From positions 19,417,657-19,481,656 of the forward strand of contig CM119266.1 in the NCBI GenBank assembly GCA_051294375.1: a stretch of 64,000 nucleotides of DNA. Reading direction: 5' to 3'. The stretch comes from Paraspadella gotoi (lineage: Eukaryota; Animalia; Chaetognatha). Below are positions 50,392-63,974 of this stretch, one piece after another. Numbering within the stretch: position 1 is the first letter of the stretch; each line of letters opens with the position of its first letter. A program made the translations under genes and the position numbers. The notes under the pieces are model-generated. The model searched no databases, was not told the origin of the DNA, and was given only the letters and a program-made list of their open reading frames with translations.

Positions 50392-53300
50392 GTAATAAAA
50401 TATAAAAATTAGTCACTGATCAAATATAAAGCTATGCCTTTGGGGAAAAATTAGAGAAATATTCTGAAAAAAAACATTTTTTGGGTATTTTTTATTAAAA
50501 ATCGAAAAAGTATTAGGTAAGTTCCCTTTCTTATTTTATTCTTTATGAGATACGAAATCCTTGATTGGGTCTAATTAGCGAATTTGTTTCAAAGAGGCCA
50601 AAGCAAAGCCATGTTATTAGTATGATATACATTAGTATATTATACAGTTCTTGAGGTCGTTGACAACTTGACAGATATAATTTCTCAATCTATATTTAAA
50701 TAGCAGCATCAAAACAAAATGTTTTATTTCATCTCAGAAAACCTTTTAATTGAAAGTTCCTCATTTTAGTGTTCATTTTTCCGTTTATGTTTTTTTGTGT
50801 CCGGCAAACGATATTGTATTTTTTAGCCCTAGTAGGTTTATAAGATTTTTGTTCTTTTTGCTTTAATAAGGAATTACGGCGCAGGAACCTAGTCTCATTT
50901 TGATTAAATAATATCCGGACAATAAGATCTTATTCCCTTTTATGTGGATGATAAAACGATTAATTTTTGTTTCCGGTACACGGATCCGGTCTCGTCTTCC
51001 GCCCGTCAGTGTTTGGCTTTTGTCAAAAGGTTTGATTTCCGGCCGATTTCCGGCCGAAACTAGAGATTCAAATCGATTCTTTTGTTGTTTTTTTTTACGG
51101 ATCTAAATGAGGAAGAAAATTATGAGATCGAAAGTGTGAAATTATTTGACAAATTTATTGAAAACAAAATTTTGTTTATATTCACAATATACGATTTTTT
51201 TTATTCGCAAATATCGAAAAACAATTTCATTTATAATTTTTTTTTTTAGATTTATTGAAAAAAATTATTCAAAATACTTTGATGAAATTTCTTTGAAAGG
51301 GAATAAAAAAATATAGAAAAGAAAAAGGGAACGAATGACTGAAAAAATAGAAGATATACAAAAACAGCAAGTATATAGTGAAAATTGAACAAAATAATTA
51401 TTTAAAATACACATAACGATATAATGAATAGTTTAGAAAACAATAGCCGAACTGCCAATTGTCAAGGAAATTATGAATGACGACGTTTGCACAACTGAGA
51501 TGGAATTGGAACTCAAGATGTCAACGACGAAAAAGACGACGTCCGCTTCCAAATATTCGTCCCAATCGACGACGACGACGATAACGACGACGAAGACGAC
51601 GATGAAAACGAATACGGAATCAAAGAAGTGGAACTGTGTTCGTCTTGTTTATGAAATTGGTACAACCAATATAAAAATATCAATTCATAAATAAGTTATC
51701 TAGCCCCTTAATCTGGACCGGCTATGGTGGTTTAAGGCCTCCATCACTTTTACAATATGGTCCCTGCAAGCTTTCAATCAAGACTCCCTCACAGTCTTGT
51801 TTATTCACTATCTGTTTCAATTGTATAAACTATATAAAACTCAACTCAAACTTCTACCAATTATTTTTTTTTTATTTATACATAGAAAATTGGTACAATC
51901 AATATAAAAATTATCCCTTCATTTAATATACAAGCTATCTTGCCCCTGACTTTGGACATCACTCTTACAAGATAACGACATAGCAGGTCCCTGCAAGCTT
52001 TTAATCAAGACTCTCTCACAGTCTCGTTTATTCACTCCCAGAGTACCTGGCTTTCCCTGTCAATATATTTCGTTTATTTCCGTTTATTTTCTAACTTCCG
52101 AGTGATTATTTCTTTATTGCATTTTTCTTTCTTCTTCTCTCCCCATTCTCCTATTTTTTATTTCCTCCTTCTCTTCCAATATTTTCGCCACACATCCTGT
52201 CCTTTCTACCTTCCCTTCTTCTCAATTCTCGGGACTTAAAATAACCCGCGTAAAAAAAATGTGGAAGTGACTCGATTTGTTGGCCGAGTTGGGGAAGTCG
52301 TGGAGGGAGAGCGAGAAAGGGAACGGGGGGGGGAGGTGAAGCGCGGATAAAAGGGTCAACAGAGTCGAAATTAAAAGGAACCGGAAAGGTTATATTTTGC
52401 TTAGATGGTTTCATCATTAATTGGAAAACCTTTTTGATTAAAAGTACCGGAGTTCGGTGGCCGTAGGTTTTATTAGCCAAGTTCCGGTTTCCTGGCAAAA
52501 ATTCCACACGAAAATTGAGTTTTATTTTATCAGGTTGATATCAATTTATATATTTTAATGACGATCGTTATTTAAATAAAATCTTTAAGACTACGTCTTA
52601 CGTACCTTTTAAAATTTCAGCAAAAATATATATGCGTTTCCTTGGCTTGGGTTTCATATTTAGAATGGATATTTTGGTTCTTTCACTCAAACCTCGTTCT
52701 GTTGGGTTGACCTATTTTAAGTTGGGGACTTCTCGGTCGTTTTTGTCGATGTTATGTTTTGGTTTACGTTATATGAAATGAGTTAGGAGTGATTTTAAAC
52801 TTACGGGTGAGTTTAGGGTTGTTAAATTTAATGTGAACGGTGATTTGATAAATTGCGTGATTGGGTAGTAACAAAAGAAATAAATAGTAACAAATTGATA
52901 CAGGAATTGATATAGGCTCAGTTTTAAAGCATTTAAGTAATTTGAATAATAATAAAGTTATATATATATCTTTTTTATTTTCATTTTCTTCTCTCTCTCT
53001 GAGCTGTTGAGATCTATTTTTAGAATTTAAAGAATTGGGTTGGATCGATCAGGTCCTCCCGCTATTTGGTCTTCGCCTCAGAATGACTCACTTATTTTCC
53101 TGGGGAAAAACTTCTTGCACTTGAGTGTAAACAAGTCTGCGTCATAGATGTTGGAATAGTTGTTATGGCCCAACCAGGATGCAAAAACATATAAATTGCT
53201 CTGTTTCAAAACAAGTTCTGAAACCCTGCTAGGTATATAAGGCCCATGTTAGCAACTCCAGATATCATATCTGAATTATGATATCTAACTAATTTTTGTC

Positions 53301-55196
53301 GCATCTGCTTATGGCAGATTCCGTCTCTATAAATTATAATTTACTTTGTCGGTCAGTCGGTCCCGATTATTTCGTTGGTAAATTAATTAGATTATCTTAG
53401 AATATAAAATTATGAAATGTAAAAAAATTTCTTCTGTCCATACCTCTTTAGCAAATCTAAAGAAAAAAAATAATGCAAAAAGAGAAATGTAGAAAATGGA
53501 GCAGCTAAAAGGATACAGACTAGGATTATGAACGAAACAACAACAACAACAGCATAAAAAAATTATTCAATTATAATGGATAATTTTATTTCGGTTGTAC
53601 TAATTTCAAAAAAAAAAAATTATCATATATTTAAAAAAATATATATATATATTAATTAATTAATCAATCAATTACTTATTCAATTAAGTGATTAATCAGT
53701 CAGTCAATCATTTGAATACCGCTAAATTAGCGAAGGCAAAGCCGGCATTGTTTGCTCAACTTAGTTTATTTGAAAATAAGGGGAAAAAACGAAACTGAAA
53801 GTAAAGAAAGATGAAATTAAAAAAAAAATACAAAAATATTAATAGAACATGAACATGAATAGACAAGTTTTAAATTATCGATTTTAAAGTCAGATAAGTT
53901 TCGGAAAAAACCAAAAAAATACTTTCAAAACATTTTCAATGGTAATTAAAAAAGATTTAAAGTAATAACATGATAATAAAAATAAACTTAGAACAATAAT
54001 AAGAACAAACAAAACTTTCTTTTTATATGTTCATTTTTAGACTGATTCTCAGAAGCATCAAGAGAAAAAATTATATTTTCATTTTTTAAGTCGATTAATT
54101 TTTCTTAGTTTTTGTTGTCCTTTTTGTTTTTCTTCATCACCGCCGTCACTGTCTCTTCCAGGTCTTCCACCTGATTTAATTTGCTTTTGAAATTAAACTT
54201 TATGTTGAAGATCAACATTTATGCGTCAGATTAAAATATCCAGACTAAGTTCCAATCAGTAGGAACGACGAAAAATATCTAGTGACAACATAAGATGGAA
54301 CTGCTAAAGTAGACATTAGAAATATATTGTATATTATATATGAAAATTTCAAAATTACTTTCTTCACTATTTTATCGTTTTAGATTTTATAATATTATTA
54401 TGAAAGTTGCAAAATTACTCGTTTCATTATCTTTATCTTTGTTTTTTTTTATTTTAATTTTCTTAAATTTTCTTTGTTTTTTTTTTTTCTGGGAGGGGGA
54501 TGTTAGTGTTGCCTTCCGGAAATCGAGGGAGCATCGAAAAAACGCAAAATTTAAATACTTCGGCCTCCCGTTTTCTATTGCACATCATGCGTAATTTCTG
54601 TTAAAAATTCATTAATGAGAACTCATAACATACATAATTAACATTTTGGTTTAATTTACGCTTATTCTTTAAAAACCTTTAAAGGTGTAGCCCAAACCGA
54701 CATATTTATGAATGTTTTCCAGACTCTTCTTTTTAATTCAACGTGATAGAACGAAAAACCGTTTGTCAAGTTGTATAAGTCAACTGCTTTTATAATCGAT
54801 CTTCCGTTTTTTTTTTTGTCAAAGTAGATTTTAAATTTTCTAGTTTCGCTACAAAATACGCTGGAACATCGATTCCGGTAAAAAGATTTTTTTTTAAACT
54901 AATATATACAAATCTCGTAAAGGTTAACCGAAGCGAGAGAAAAATAAAAACGAAATAAAAAAGTCAGAAATATTGCACTGTTTGTATACGTAGAAATGTA
55001 TTTTTTCGCCAGAGCAATATTTTAATTTTTTCTACGTCATAATTAAATGTTTAATCTGTAAAACTTTTAACTTTTGGCGTTCACTGTTAATATTAACTAT
55101 TAATTTTTAATGTAATTCCGTCAAAGATTAAAATTTTCGATGCATTTAATCAAGAAAATATAGTGAAATTCTATGTTACTCATCGACTTCTACTGT

Positions 55197-56010
55197 AACA
55201 AGTTTGAGCAAACAATGTCGGATCTGCCCACGATCATTTATCGGTAATTAATTAATTAATAATTAAATTATTCAAGTTAATTAATTAATTAGGCAATTAA
55301 TTAATTAATTTGATCCCAAATTTTTTTTTTAGGTCTTTTCGTCACTAACCACAACAAAAGCAATGACGACGATTAGAATAATGCCAATAACGATTGACTT
55401 GATTGATTGACTGATTAATTAATTATTAACTAATTGACTAATTGATTAATTAACTGATTAATTATTTGATTTATTAATACATACAAAAGGAAAAAGAAGC
55501 ATAATCAATTAGTGAAACAGGTTTTTTATTTTTTCCATTTAAACTAATTTCCATTCAAACGATTCCATCGAAACTTGATTTCCTGCTCAATCACACACTC
55601 AATATCCTACCCACATGCAAAATTTCAGGTCAATCGTGCCATCCACTCAAGAGCAATTGGTGTTCAAATAATGAAATATATTTTTTTTTTGTTTTTTCCA
55701 TTTAAACTCATTTCCACTCGGACGATTCCATCGAAACTTCATATCCAGCTCAATCAAACATATATCAAACCCATACATAAAATTTTATTCAAATCCATCC
55801 ATCCAATCACGAGTAATTGGTGTTTTTTGCTAAGGTGGGAGGACGGACGGACGGAAGGACGGATGGACGGACAGACAGATGGACGGACATCATTTTTTTT
55901 AAATAATTTATCATGATTCAAAGTTCTGATATGATATAAGTCAGTGCCCGACAATATTGAGGGGGCGGACCGACGGACCGACAAAGTGAATTATAGAGTC
56001 GGGATCTGCT
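55197..56010. mobile_element. Probable DINE-1/HINE-like element(s) with TTAA-rich and GGAC/AGAC microsatellite segments
   Basis: GGACGGACAGACAG tract at ~55840-55890. The terminus ACAAGTTTGAGCAAACAATG.CGG matches the inverted copy at ~53740-53765. Confidence 0.5.
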
Positions 56011-59000
56011 GACAAGCGAACGTAAAGACTTTCCGATCGCTGATTCGTTTTCAAGCGGAAATCTCATTATCTTGAATGTGCGGGAATACATATGTAATTA
56101 ATTTTACGGATAGATTAATTATTTTCTAAACTGACAACATTAAAAGGTTTTTCTTCCGGATAATTTAGCCAAGCGTAATATTTGAGAACAAAGACTCTTC
56201 CAGGGTTTTTAATTAAGCCGCGAGGACACTCAGAGTACTCTCAGCCACGAGTACTCTCAGAACAACTCTATATGACACTTTTCGGTTGGTCGGTCGGTAG
56301 ATTGGTCGGTCCCTCAGTCTCTTTCATATTTTAAGTGCGTATAATTAAGCTAATAATAATAATTGAGCAAACAGACAGATGAAAAGAGAGACCGACCGAC
56401 TGAAAAACGTCTTATTGAGTTTCGTCTATGCGCGACAAAGACGAAGATAACGATATAACGAAGCGTTTAACATAATTTTGTTAAGTCTTATTGTCTTATC
56501 AAACTTATGGAAACAAATAGTTTTACTTTTATTCGTAGTCTATTTAGTATCCAGGCTGTCAAAAAAATTCTAAGCGTATATATTTTTTTATATATACTAT
56601 AAAGTACACAGCTTTTAATATGCTTCTTTATTTTTTTTTTGTACGAATTTCATCAAGATGCTAAATTAACCTTTCTTCTTAGCTGCCATCCCCAGAAATG
56701 AGAAGCCCTTTGTTCGGTTCTTAAGAAAAACAAAAAAAGTCTTTGTGTTTCATAAAACCGATTAAAATTTTATTCAAACTCTTTAGATTTCTGGTTTTAC
56801 TTTGTAATATTTTTTTTTGAAATATAAACTTTACAAACTTTTTTTTTAACAAATTTGGAAAATAAATTTGAATCGGAATCAGAAAGAAAAGAGAGAAATT
56901 CCTTGATCGGGTTTTTCAATAAGATTAAGAAACGAAAGAAGATCTGAAATTCACCTTCTCGACTTTTTCATCATCGATCAAAATTTCGAGAAAAAAAAAA
57001 AAGATCAATTTTCCACGAAACCGAGATACTTGATGGCGGACAATAATTATATTTGGCATTGTAAGTCCCCCATTGGTTTGGGTATTTTTTGATAATGTTT
57101 TGTACTAAACTATGGATTGGTTATTATAAAAAAAAATGTGAAGCGAAAACGATTTATTGAACGTCGGTTTGACCTTTAACATTTTCTTTTACTTTCTTCT
57201 TTTCTCGAACTGAGGACCTTCGTTTCGCTTTGCGACTTGACTCGACGTTCTCCGCTTCAAATCACAAATTGCTCCCTTTTCTTCGAAACCAACAGGAAAC
57301 AACAGAGAGATAGGCGAAATAGTAAACGTTTTCTACAGGGACCCTTTTTCATGACTTTTCAATTGGGTACAAATTCTCCGAATAATTTCATAATCACATA
57401 ACTCTTTCAGCAATGACTCCACAATTCGAACTCTTTTCCAAATCCTCACCGCTTGTTGGTCACTTTCCTTTCTCAACCGCGTTCGCCACTGATGGTGACA
57501 TTTCTCGTCAGCGTCGACTCCAACGTCTTTTCCTTTGACGTTTGGAGTCAAATCGTGTTCTTGCCTTTCCTCTCTCACTCTCAGGGGCTTAAAGGTCATT
57601 AGTCGCACCGTCCATCCATCTCCTTTGGGGGGAGGAGGGTCAAGGGCTTTAAAGTTCACCAATCGTGTCACATCAACAAAAGTCGTGTCCGGAATTAAAG
57701 GTCGCCTCAAATGATGCCAGAAATTCCGTCTTTTTCACATCTGCTTTATGTTTTGGTGTTGTTTTTGTTGTTGTTGTTGTTTTTTTTGTTTTTTTTTGTT
57801 TTTTTTTGTTATCTGTTTTCAAGTTTTTCCGTTTCTCCTTTTTTGATTCTCTAAATGTTTTTTTTTTTTAACTCGTTCGCTTGTCGATTTATCAAATTCC
57901 GTCGACGAATAAGAAATAAAAAAATAAGAAATGATTTCTCGATTTATTTTATTTTTTTTCTTTCGTTTTTTTTCCCTTTTTTTTCCACTTTTCAATCTTT
58001 TCTTTCTTTTCTCAACGCGTCACCCTTTTTCCGATTCGGCGACACCGACGACGACGAGGACGACGACGACGCTATGACGAAGACGTCGACGACGACGACA
58101 GTGACGAAGGACTCTATGACGCTGACACTCCGAATCACCGACTTGTATCGACGCCTTTTTCTTTGTTCCTTCGCCGCTAAGAAAGTCGTCGTTCTTCTTC
58201 CTCTTCCTCGTCGCGCGTCCCGTGACGACGTATTCCGTTTCAGACAGAACAGATATCGCTACGACGCTAAAATATCGCGTCTCCTTGGCAAAGAGTAACT
58301 TCGATCGCTATACTGTGATCTTCAAATCGAAATGGAGTCAAAACGCCTTCGATCGCGTTAAGACTTTCGACTGAGATGATTCAAGATCAAGAGTTGCAAA
58401 TTGGCAGAATGGAAAATTGACCGAGAATTTTAGTGGACGCATTCTGCCATTTGGTAAGTTTCTTTCAACATTTCTTTTCTTATTCAATGGACTTTATTCT
58501 AGTTTTAGCGCAATGAGTAAATCATTGAATGTCTTCATTTGAAACTCTTTTTTTTTTAAATACTTTTGTTTTTTAAAATTACGTTTTGTAATTGGGTTTA
58601 ATTCTAAAAAACTTATATAACTTGGAGATCAGAAAGAACGGGCATCGCCACGCCTCCCTGGCGGAGTGGCTAACCCCGAGATTTAGGGTGCCCAGGAGGT
58701 GTGGGGGATTAGTCCATTAGTTGCCTTGTCTTTCTAAACCAAACAGAAACCTTTCTGACAAGATCTATAACCCGGGACCTTGTTCTGGGAAATGAATTGT
58801 CCGCCCAATATATTATCATCGTTCTAATAGGGGCCTTATTTTCCCATTTAATCTTAATTTCGGAATAATTTAGTTTATAGGTTTAAAGATTAGATTTGAG
58901 GTTGGGGTTGACGATTAGGTTAAAGATTAGGGATGGGGATTAGGTTAATGGTTATGGTTTGGGATTAGCCACTAAGGTTAGAGATTAGGGATCTCTTTTT

Positions 59001-59871
59001 TTCATCAAACTGTTTCATTGTTAATATCGTTTCTTTGTAAAGGTGTTTATCTACCAGTATTACTGGTAGATTACTGGTCCAGTAATATTGCCTCAATAAA
59101 CTCCGTAACTTAAATGATCGCGAAAGGCACCCAAATTTAAAAAATTGTCTTATAAGATATTCTTTAACATGATCACTGATGAGATAAACACTAAAGTTTA
59201 GATTTTCGAATAAGTTGTCGCTCCCGCACATTCAATTCAAAATATTAGTCAAGTTCAATTTTTTTTATTCAACATAACAACTCAAAGTAATCGTGCGCAT
59301 ACCAATGTATTTATTCTGAAGTCGCGAGAAAGATTATTTTTGTTTTTGCTTTTCTAAAAATTCGTTTTTTAATCGTAACAATCAACTATTTTTTTATTTT
59401 TTTTTTTGGAGAGGTTCCAGGAACAAAGGTTATTTCAAACTCATGGGCGATACATGTTTGATACCGTATACGTCTGTTACTTATTGACTGCGCTCACGTA
59501 TAATATACAAATTATACATACATACACTCCTTAAAATCAAATTCCGAAATTCTTCAATTTTTTTTTTCCGCGTGACGAGCGTTTTGAGAAAAACAATTTG
59601 TCAACACCAACTAAAACTCAAAATTCCAACTTTTTCGCAGAATAAATAAGTGTTTATATATATTTTCCCAATATCAGTCGGGCGAAATTCTTTCCAGGCA
59701 AAAGAGAAGAACCTGCAAAAATGAATAATAAATGTTTATTAACTGCAATGTTTCTGGCATAGGGCATTGGTAAGTAAAAAAAAACCACGTCTTCAAAATC
59801 ATTGTTTTTGTGAGTAAACTAAACTACTTGTATGATGTACAATTTTGTACATTGTACAATATTTTCAGACA

Positions 59872-62800
59872 ATGGAAACAACGATCGAAACAGTTACTCT
59901 TAAGAGAAACTCTTCTCTCTGGAATGCAACGAGAGACGATCTTATATCGGATCCACTCGAAGAAGAGGCTGAGGCCACGGCCTGTCTATCGCTCACCGTT
60001 TTTCGCTTCGTTCTCTACGCTTTACCCATCGTCTACGTCGTCGGACTCGTGGGGAACGCCCTCTCGTTTAAACTCTTGTCGACGCGAGCTCTCAAATGTC
60101 GCTCAGCAAGAGTTTATCTCAAGACACTGGCCATTGCAGATTCTTGCGTCATCCTCATCGCCCTTTTCGAATGGACGATGGAATACAGGTCCGTTGTTTC
60201 ACCGTATTTAGACATTGTGGTGGTATATTCACACCACCTTACGTCCACGATCGTTCAGCCAATACCATTGGCTCAGAGGGGGAACACACCATCCCAGGCG
60301 TTGTGTTCCATCTACAGTCCTAGGGTAACCGCGCCAGTGACTGGAGGCGTCACTGAGGGTCGGAAGCCCCCAAAGTCAACAGTGAGATGATGAGATGATG
60401 AGATGTCCAACCCAATGGGCATAACAGGCAACCCGGCTGTTGCCATAACATCTTTTTAGTTGCGCCGCGAGTTCTCACTCTATAAGTCACTTTTCGGTCG
60501 GTCCATCGGTCGGTCTATGCGTCGGTCCATCGGTCCTTCGGTATGTCTGTCCATCGTTCTGTCCCACTTACCTTAAAAATGCATATAATTTGCCTATAGT
60601 TGGTTGCTCATTTGTTAAGACAGAAAAAACCTCAAATCTAAGTGACTGCTTCAGGAAATCCTAAAACTATAAGGTATAAAAGACGAAATTCCGACGCAGT
60701 GCATGTCATAAATACACGGGCTAAGAAAGTCATGTCATGTTATATCATGTCATGTCATATCATGTGATCAAAGATAAATACACGTGAAAATAAAGTAACT
60801 GCGGCGCAACTCATTGTATAAACCGATTTTGTTTTACCGTTTTAGATGACCCATTGGTAATATGAATTATTATAATCCCAGGAAATACCCTTCTTCGATT
60901 TTCGTTTCCTGTTTAATAATGATAATTGATCTTTTGAAGAGACAGAAATAATTGTTATGAGTTAGTGACAGAACCGTTCAATATAAACAGTCCCTGAGCT
61001 TCGGATCAGGCTGTAACACCGTTTTACAGGCGGGTTAAGCGCCCCATCCCTCTTCAATACAAGGAGGTCACCAGGCTAGAACCCCGGACCTTTGTTTTGG
61101 GAGGCGAATGAAGAACGGCTGATGAAGAACGGTTGCTGGATTTTAGTCCACCAGACATATAGTGTTATCTTAAAAGTATGGTGGACTGAAAACCACCAAC
61201 CGTTCATCAGCAGCCATTGGTGCAGGAGGCAAGTCATTCGCCTCCCAGTATGATGGTCGCCTAGCAATTAAGAGGGACGGGGCGCTTACCCTGCCTGTAA
61301 CACAATGTTACAGCCTGATCCGAATCTCAGGGACTGCTTATAATTAACGGTTCTGTCACTAATTCATAATAATTATTAGTGTCTCTTCATATGATCACTA
61401 AAGTGTTTCTTCCTACATCCGGTTCCGGTCCAACGTTTTTTAACTTCCGGTTCGAAAGCCAATTCACAGCTGGTTTATAATTTTTCATTTCTGTTAATTT
61501 AGCAGGGTAGCTCCAGAAACGGCGCGCAGATTAATTCTTTTTAAAATTTATGAAAGTGTTTCTACACTTTTATCTAAGCCAGAGTGTTACTGATAGTTTT
61601 TTAAATCACATGAAAATTTCGTTTATAAAATTCTTCGTCGAAAGGCCCAGGTGATAAAAAACGGTCAGCAATTCATTAATGTGGAATACAATGCCAAGAG
61701 CAGTTTACGGTCCGTTTCAGCTTTAATGGACCAGACAGTAGCCGCGCATGCGCCAGAAGTTGTGGCTGCTTGTCGGACGAATTATGCAGAAATTCATTAT
61801 AATCATTTTTATTTTCCAGCGGCTGCGTTTTAAAATTCCACGAGTACCGACGGGAGGTTCTGTCACACTCGGTTTCCTGCATGCTTTTTCGTTACACGAG
61901 AAAGGTCGCCACGATCATGAGCTCATGGATCATTGTCATTTACAGCGCGGAGAGGGCCATCCTTATTCGATGTCCTCTTAGAAGAGTCTCTTTAGGATCC
62001 GAGATGGTGACAGAAAATCACAGAAAAATGTAAAAATGATAAAAAAAACTTTTTTACTGTATATTTTGATAACATTTTCAGAAAGCGTATATGGTGATGT
62101 CGTGTTTGTTTGTGATCGCCTGTCTTTCTCAAGTCTGGATTTTCCCCACCGTCCGAGTCATCGATCCAGATGATCCCAAAAGGCCCTGTCGAGGGGATCA
62201 GACCTTCATATTCTGGTGGAACATGGTCAACATCTTCAGGTCAATTAAAATAAGTAAATTTTTTTAAAATTTTGTGATTTATTTATGTAATTATTTATTA
62301 ATTCATTCATTCAATTATTTCATTATTTGCGATCGCTTATTAAAAGTTGTCTTTGTTGGAAGTGTAGCTGATTTTTGTTTACGTACATATTAGAAGATTT
62401 TGATATTCGGTCGTGCTTCAGTGACGCATTTCCCGATGATCAGTTTTGATCACGCATGCGCAATGCGCATTAAGAATTTTTATGCAGTATTATTCGAGTT
62501 ATGAGTGGGATAGACCGACCGACCGACCGAAAATTTTTTAATTGAGCTGCTCTGAGAGTACACGCGGCGCCCCAAAAAAACGAATAAAAATTATGAACAT
62601 TTATTACGAGGCGACATTTAGTGATCATACAAAAACAAAACCAAAAACAGAAAACTCACTGTTCCACCAGGCGATGCCAATTTTTTTATGTTCAAAATAA
62701 AAGTTGGAAACTGTTATTGTAAATCGCTATAGCGATTTACTATACGGTATACCTATAAAATCCTTGGGTCTTTGGTCTTGGACCAGTTTTTGTCTGTTTT

Positions 62801-63901
62801 GATTTTTGACCTCTTTCTCTCTCTCTCTCGCTCTCTGTCTCTCTGTCTCTACTTGAAAGTTTTTCTTTGTTACCTTTTTTCGTTATATCTACTGATGATG
62901 ACTTAGCAATTAAGTCGAAATATTTCTAAAAAAATTGTTTCTGTTATGTACTATATTTCCCCATATTGAAAATATACTCGTATATCTTTTTTATTAATTT
63001 TTTTCTGGTACTTTATTTCTTTATTACTAGGATTTGTTTTTATTATTTCTTCAATTTCAATCTTTATTTCATTTATACCTGATCTTGCCTTTTTCCTTTA
63101 CCTAAAATAAAAATTTTGGTATTGTTTTAATTTTAATTTAATAAAAAACTTAAAAATAAAAAAAATTGTGAGAAAATAACAGTTGAAAGCGATTGTATTG
63201 TATTGTATTGATCTAAATGAACGATTTCGATTTGTCGGGAATAGAGTACGAATTGTGTGAAGCGTCCTTTATTTATAGACATTTATAAATTTTTTTAAGA
63301 ACAATTTGTTAGCCTTATTTTCCCTAAGCGCCTCAATTCTTCTTAAATTTGAAATTAAGTTAATTTTTAGGTTTAAAAGTTAGATTTAAAAATTAGGTTA
63401 TGAATTAGTTTAAGGATTATGCTTAGAGTTTAGAGTCAGAAGCAGGTAATAGTAATCTGAGTTTTAAAAATAGAATAATTAAAATTAAATTCATAAAGAT
63501 AAAGGAATAGAAATGGGGCGCTTTGGGAAAAGAGAGCCCGATTGCCTTTCCCTAATTAAACCTGAAATTTAAACCGTTCCGTTTTTTTTTATTATTAGCT
63601 TTTTAGTACCTGGAATATTCATAATAATATCAAACGTCATCATTATCTTGACAATGAGGAGAGAAAATCGAATCCGCGGCGAATTCATGACTGAGGTACT
63701 CACAAATCACAATGATGATTTAAATTAATAATATTTAAAAGTAGACCCGAAGGCGGATAAATCAATGTTTAACATTAAAAAAAAATAAAAAAAAAATTTC
63801 AGCGTCAAAGCTCAAGTCTGAATCGTCGTGTAACAGTTACTCTTGTCTGCGTCTCGTTTGGATTCGTTATCACCACTCTGCCGGAAGCACTATGGGCCGA
63901 C
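59872..63901 (+). CDS. Class A (rhodopsin-like) peptide-type GPCR, partial; exons 59872-60188, 61820-62006, 62082-62239, 63599-63695, 63803-63901; TM7 beyond the right edge
   Basis: All joins are GT-AG and in phase. TM1 GLVGN, TM2 LAIAD, TM3 C...SSWIIVIYSAERAILIRCPL, TM4 plus ECL2 Cys, TM5 FLVPGIFIIISN, TM6 FVITTLP. N-terminal NSS and NAT sequons. Confidence 0.93.
60453..60835 (+). mobile_element. DINE-1/HINE-like element in GPCR intron
   Basis: Subterminal inverted repeat AGTTGCGCCGC (60458-60468) / GCGGCGCAACT (60801-60811), GTCG/GTCC microsatellite after the 5' end, T-rich flanks. Partial copies at ~43582, ~56210 and ~62480-62575. Confidence 0.72.
60935..61389. mobile_element. Head-to-head pair of family-2 tRNA-bearing elements (60935-61153 minus, 61179-61389 plus) forming a 455-bp palindrome
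   Basis: The arms are imperfect reverse complements with a 25-bp spacer, and each unit reads TGGTGGAC...GTCTCTTCA. A-box-like TGGTGCAGGAGG at 61218-61229; B-box-like GGTTCTAGCC at 61083-61074. Confidence 0.78.
62892..62926 (+). ncRNA. Penelope-type minimal hammerhead ribozyme motif in GPCR intron
   Basis: CTGATGA-T-GACTTA-GCAAT-TAAGTC-GAAA-TATTTC: intact core boxes and a 6-bp stem II, with weak stems I and III. Confidence 0.6.
63311..63538. mobile_element. MITE with degenerate TTAGGG-like interior
   Basis: ~27-bp imperfect TIRs GCCTTATTTTCCCTAAGCGCCTCAATT / AAATGGGGCGCTTTGGGAAAAGAGAGCC. Confidence 0.72.
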
Positions 63902-63926
63902 GTGAGAGAGAGAGAGAGAGAGAGGA

Positions 63927-63974
<48 letters not shown>

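Noticed and set aside
57333-57710. 125-aa minus-strand ORF
   Set aside because: No ATG start, no recognisable motif and no convincing splice partners; it could be a decayed element but cannot be supported.
60189-60390. C-terminal part of the 181-aa GPCR ORF in the ORF track
   Set aside because: It is read-through into intron 1; the GPCR continues properly via the AG|GTCCGT donor to 61820.
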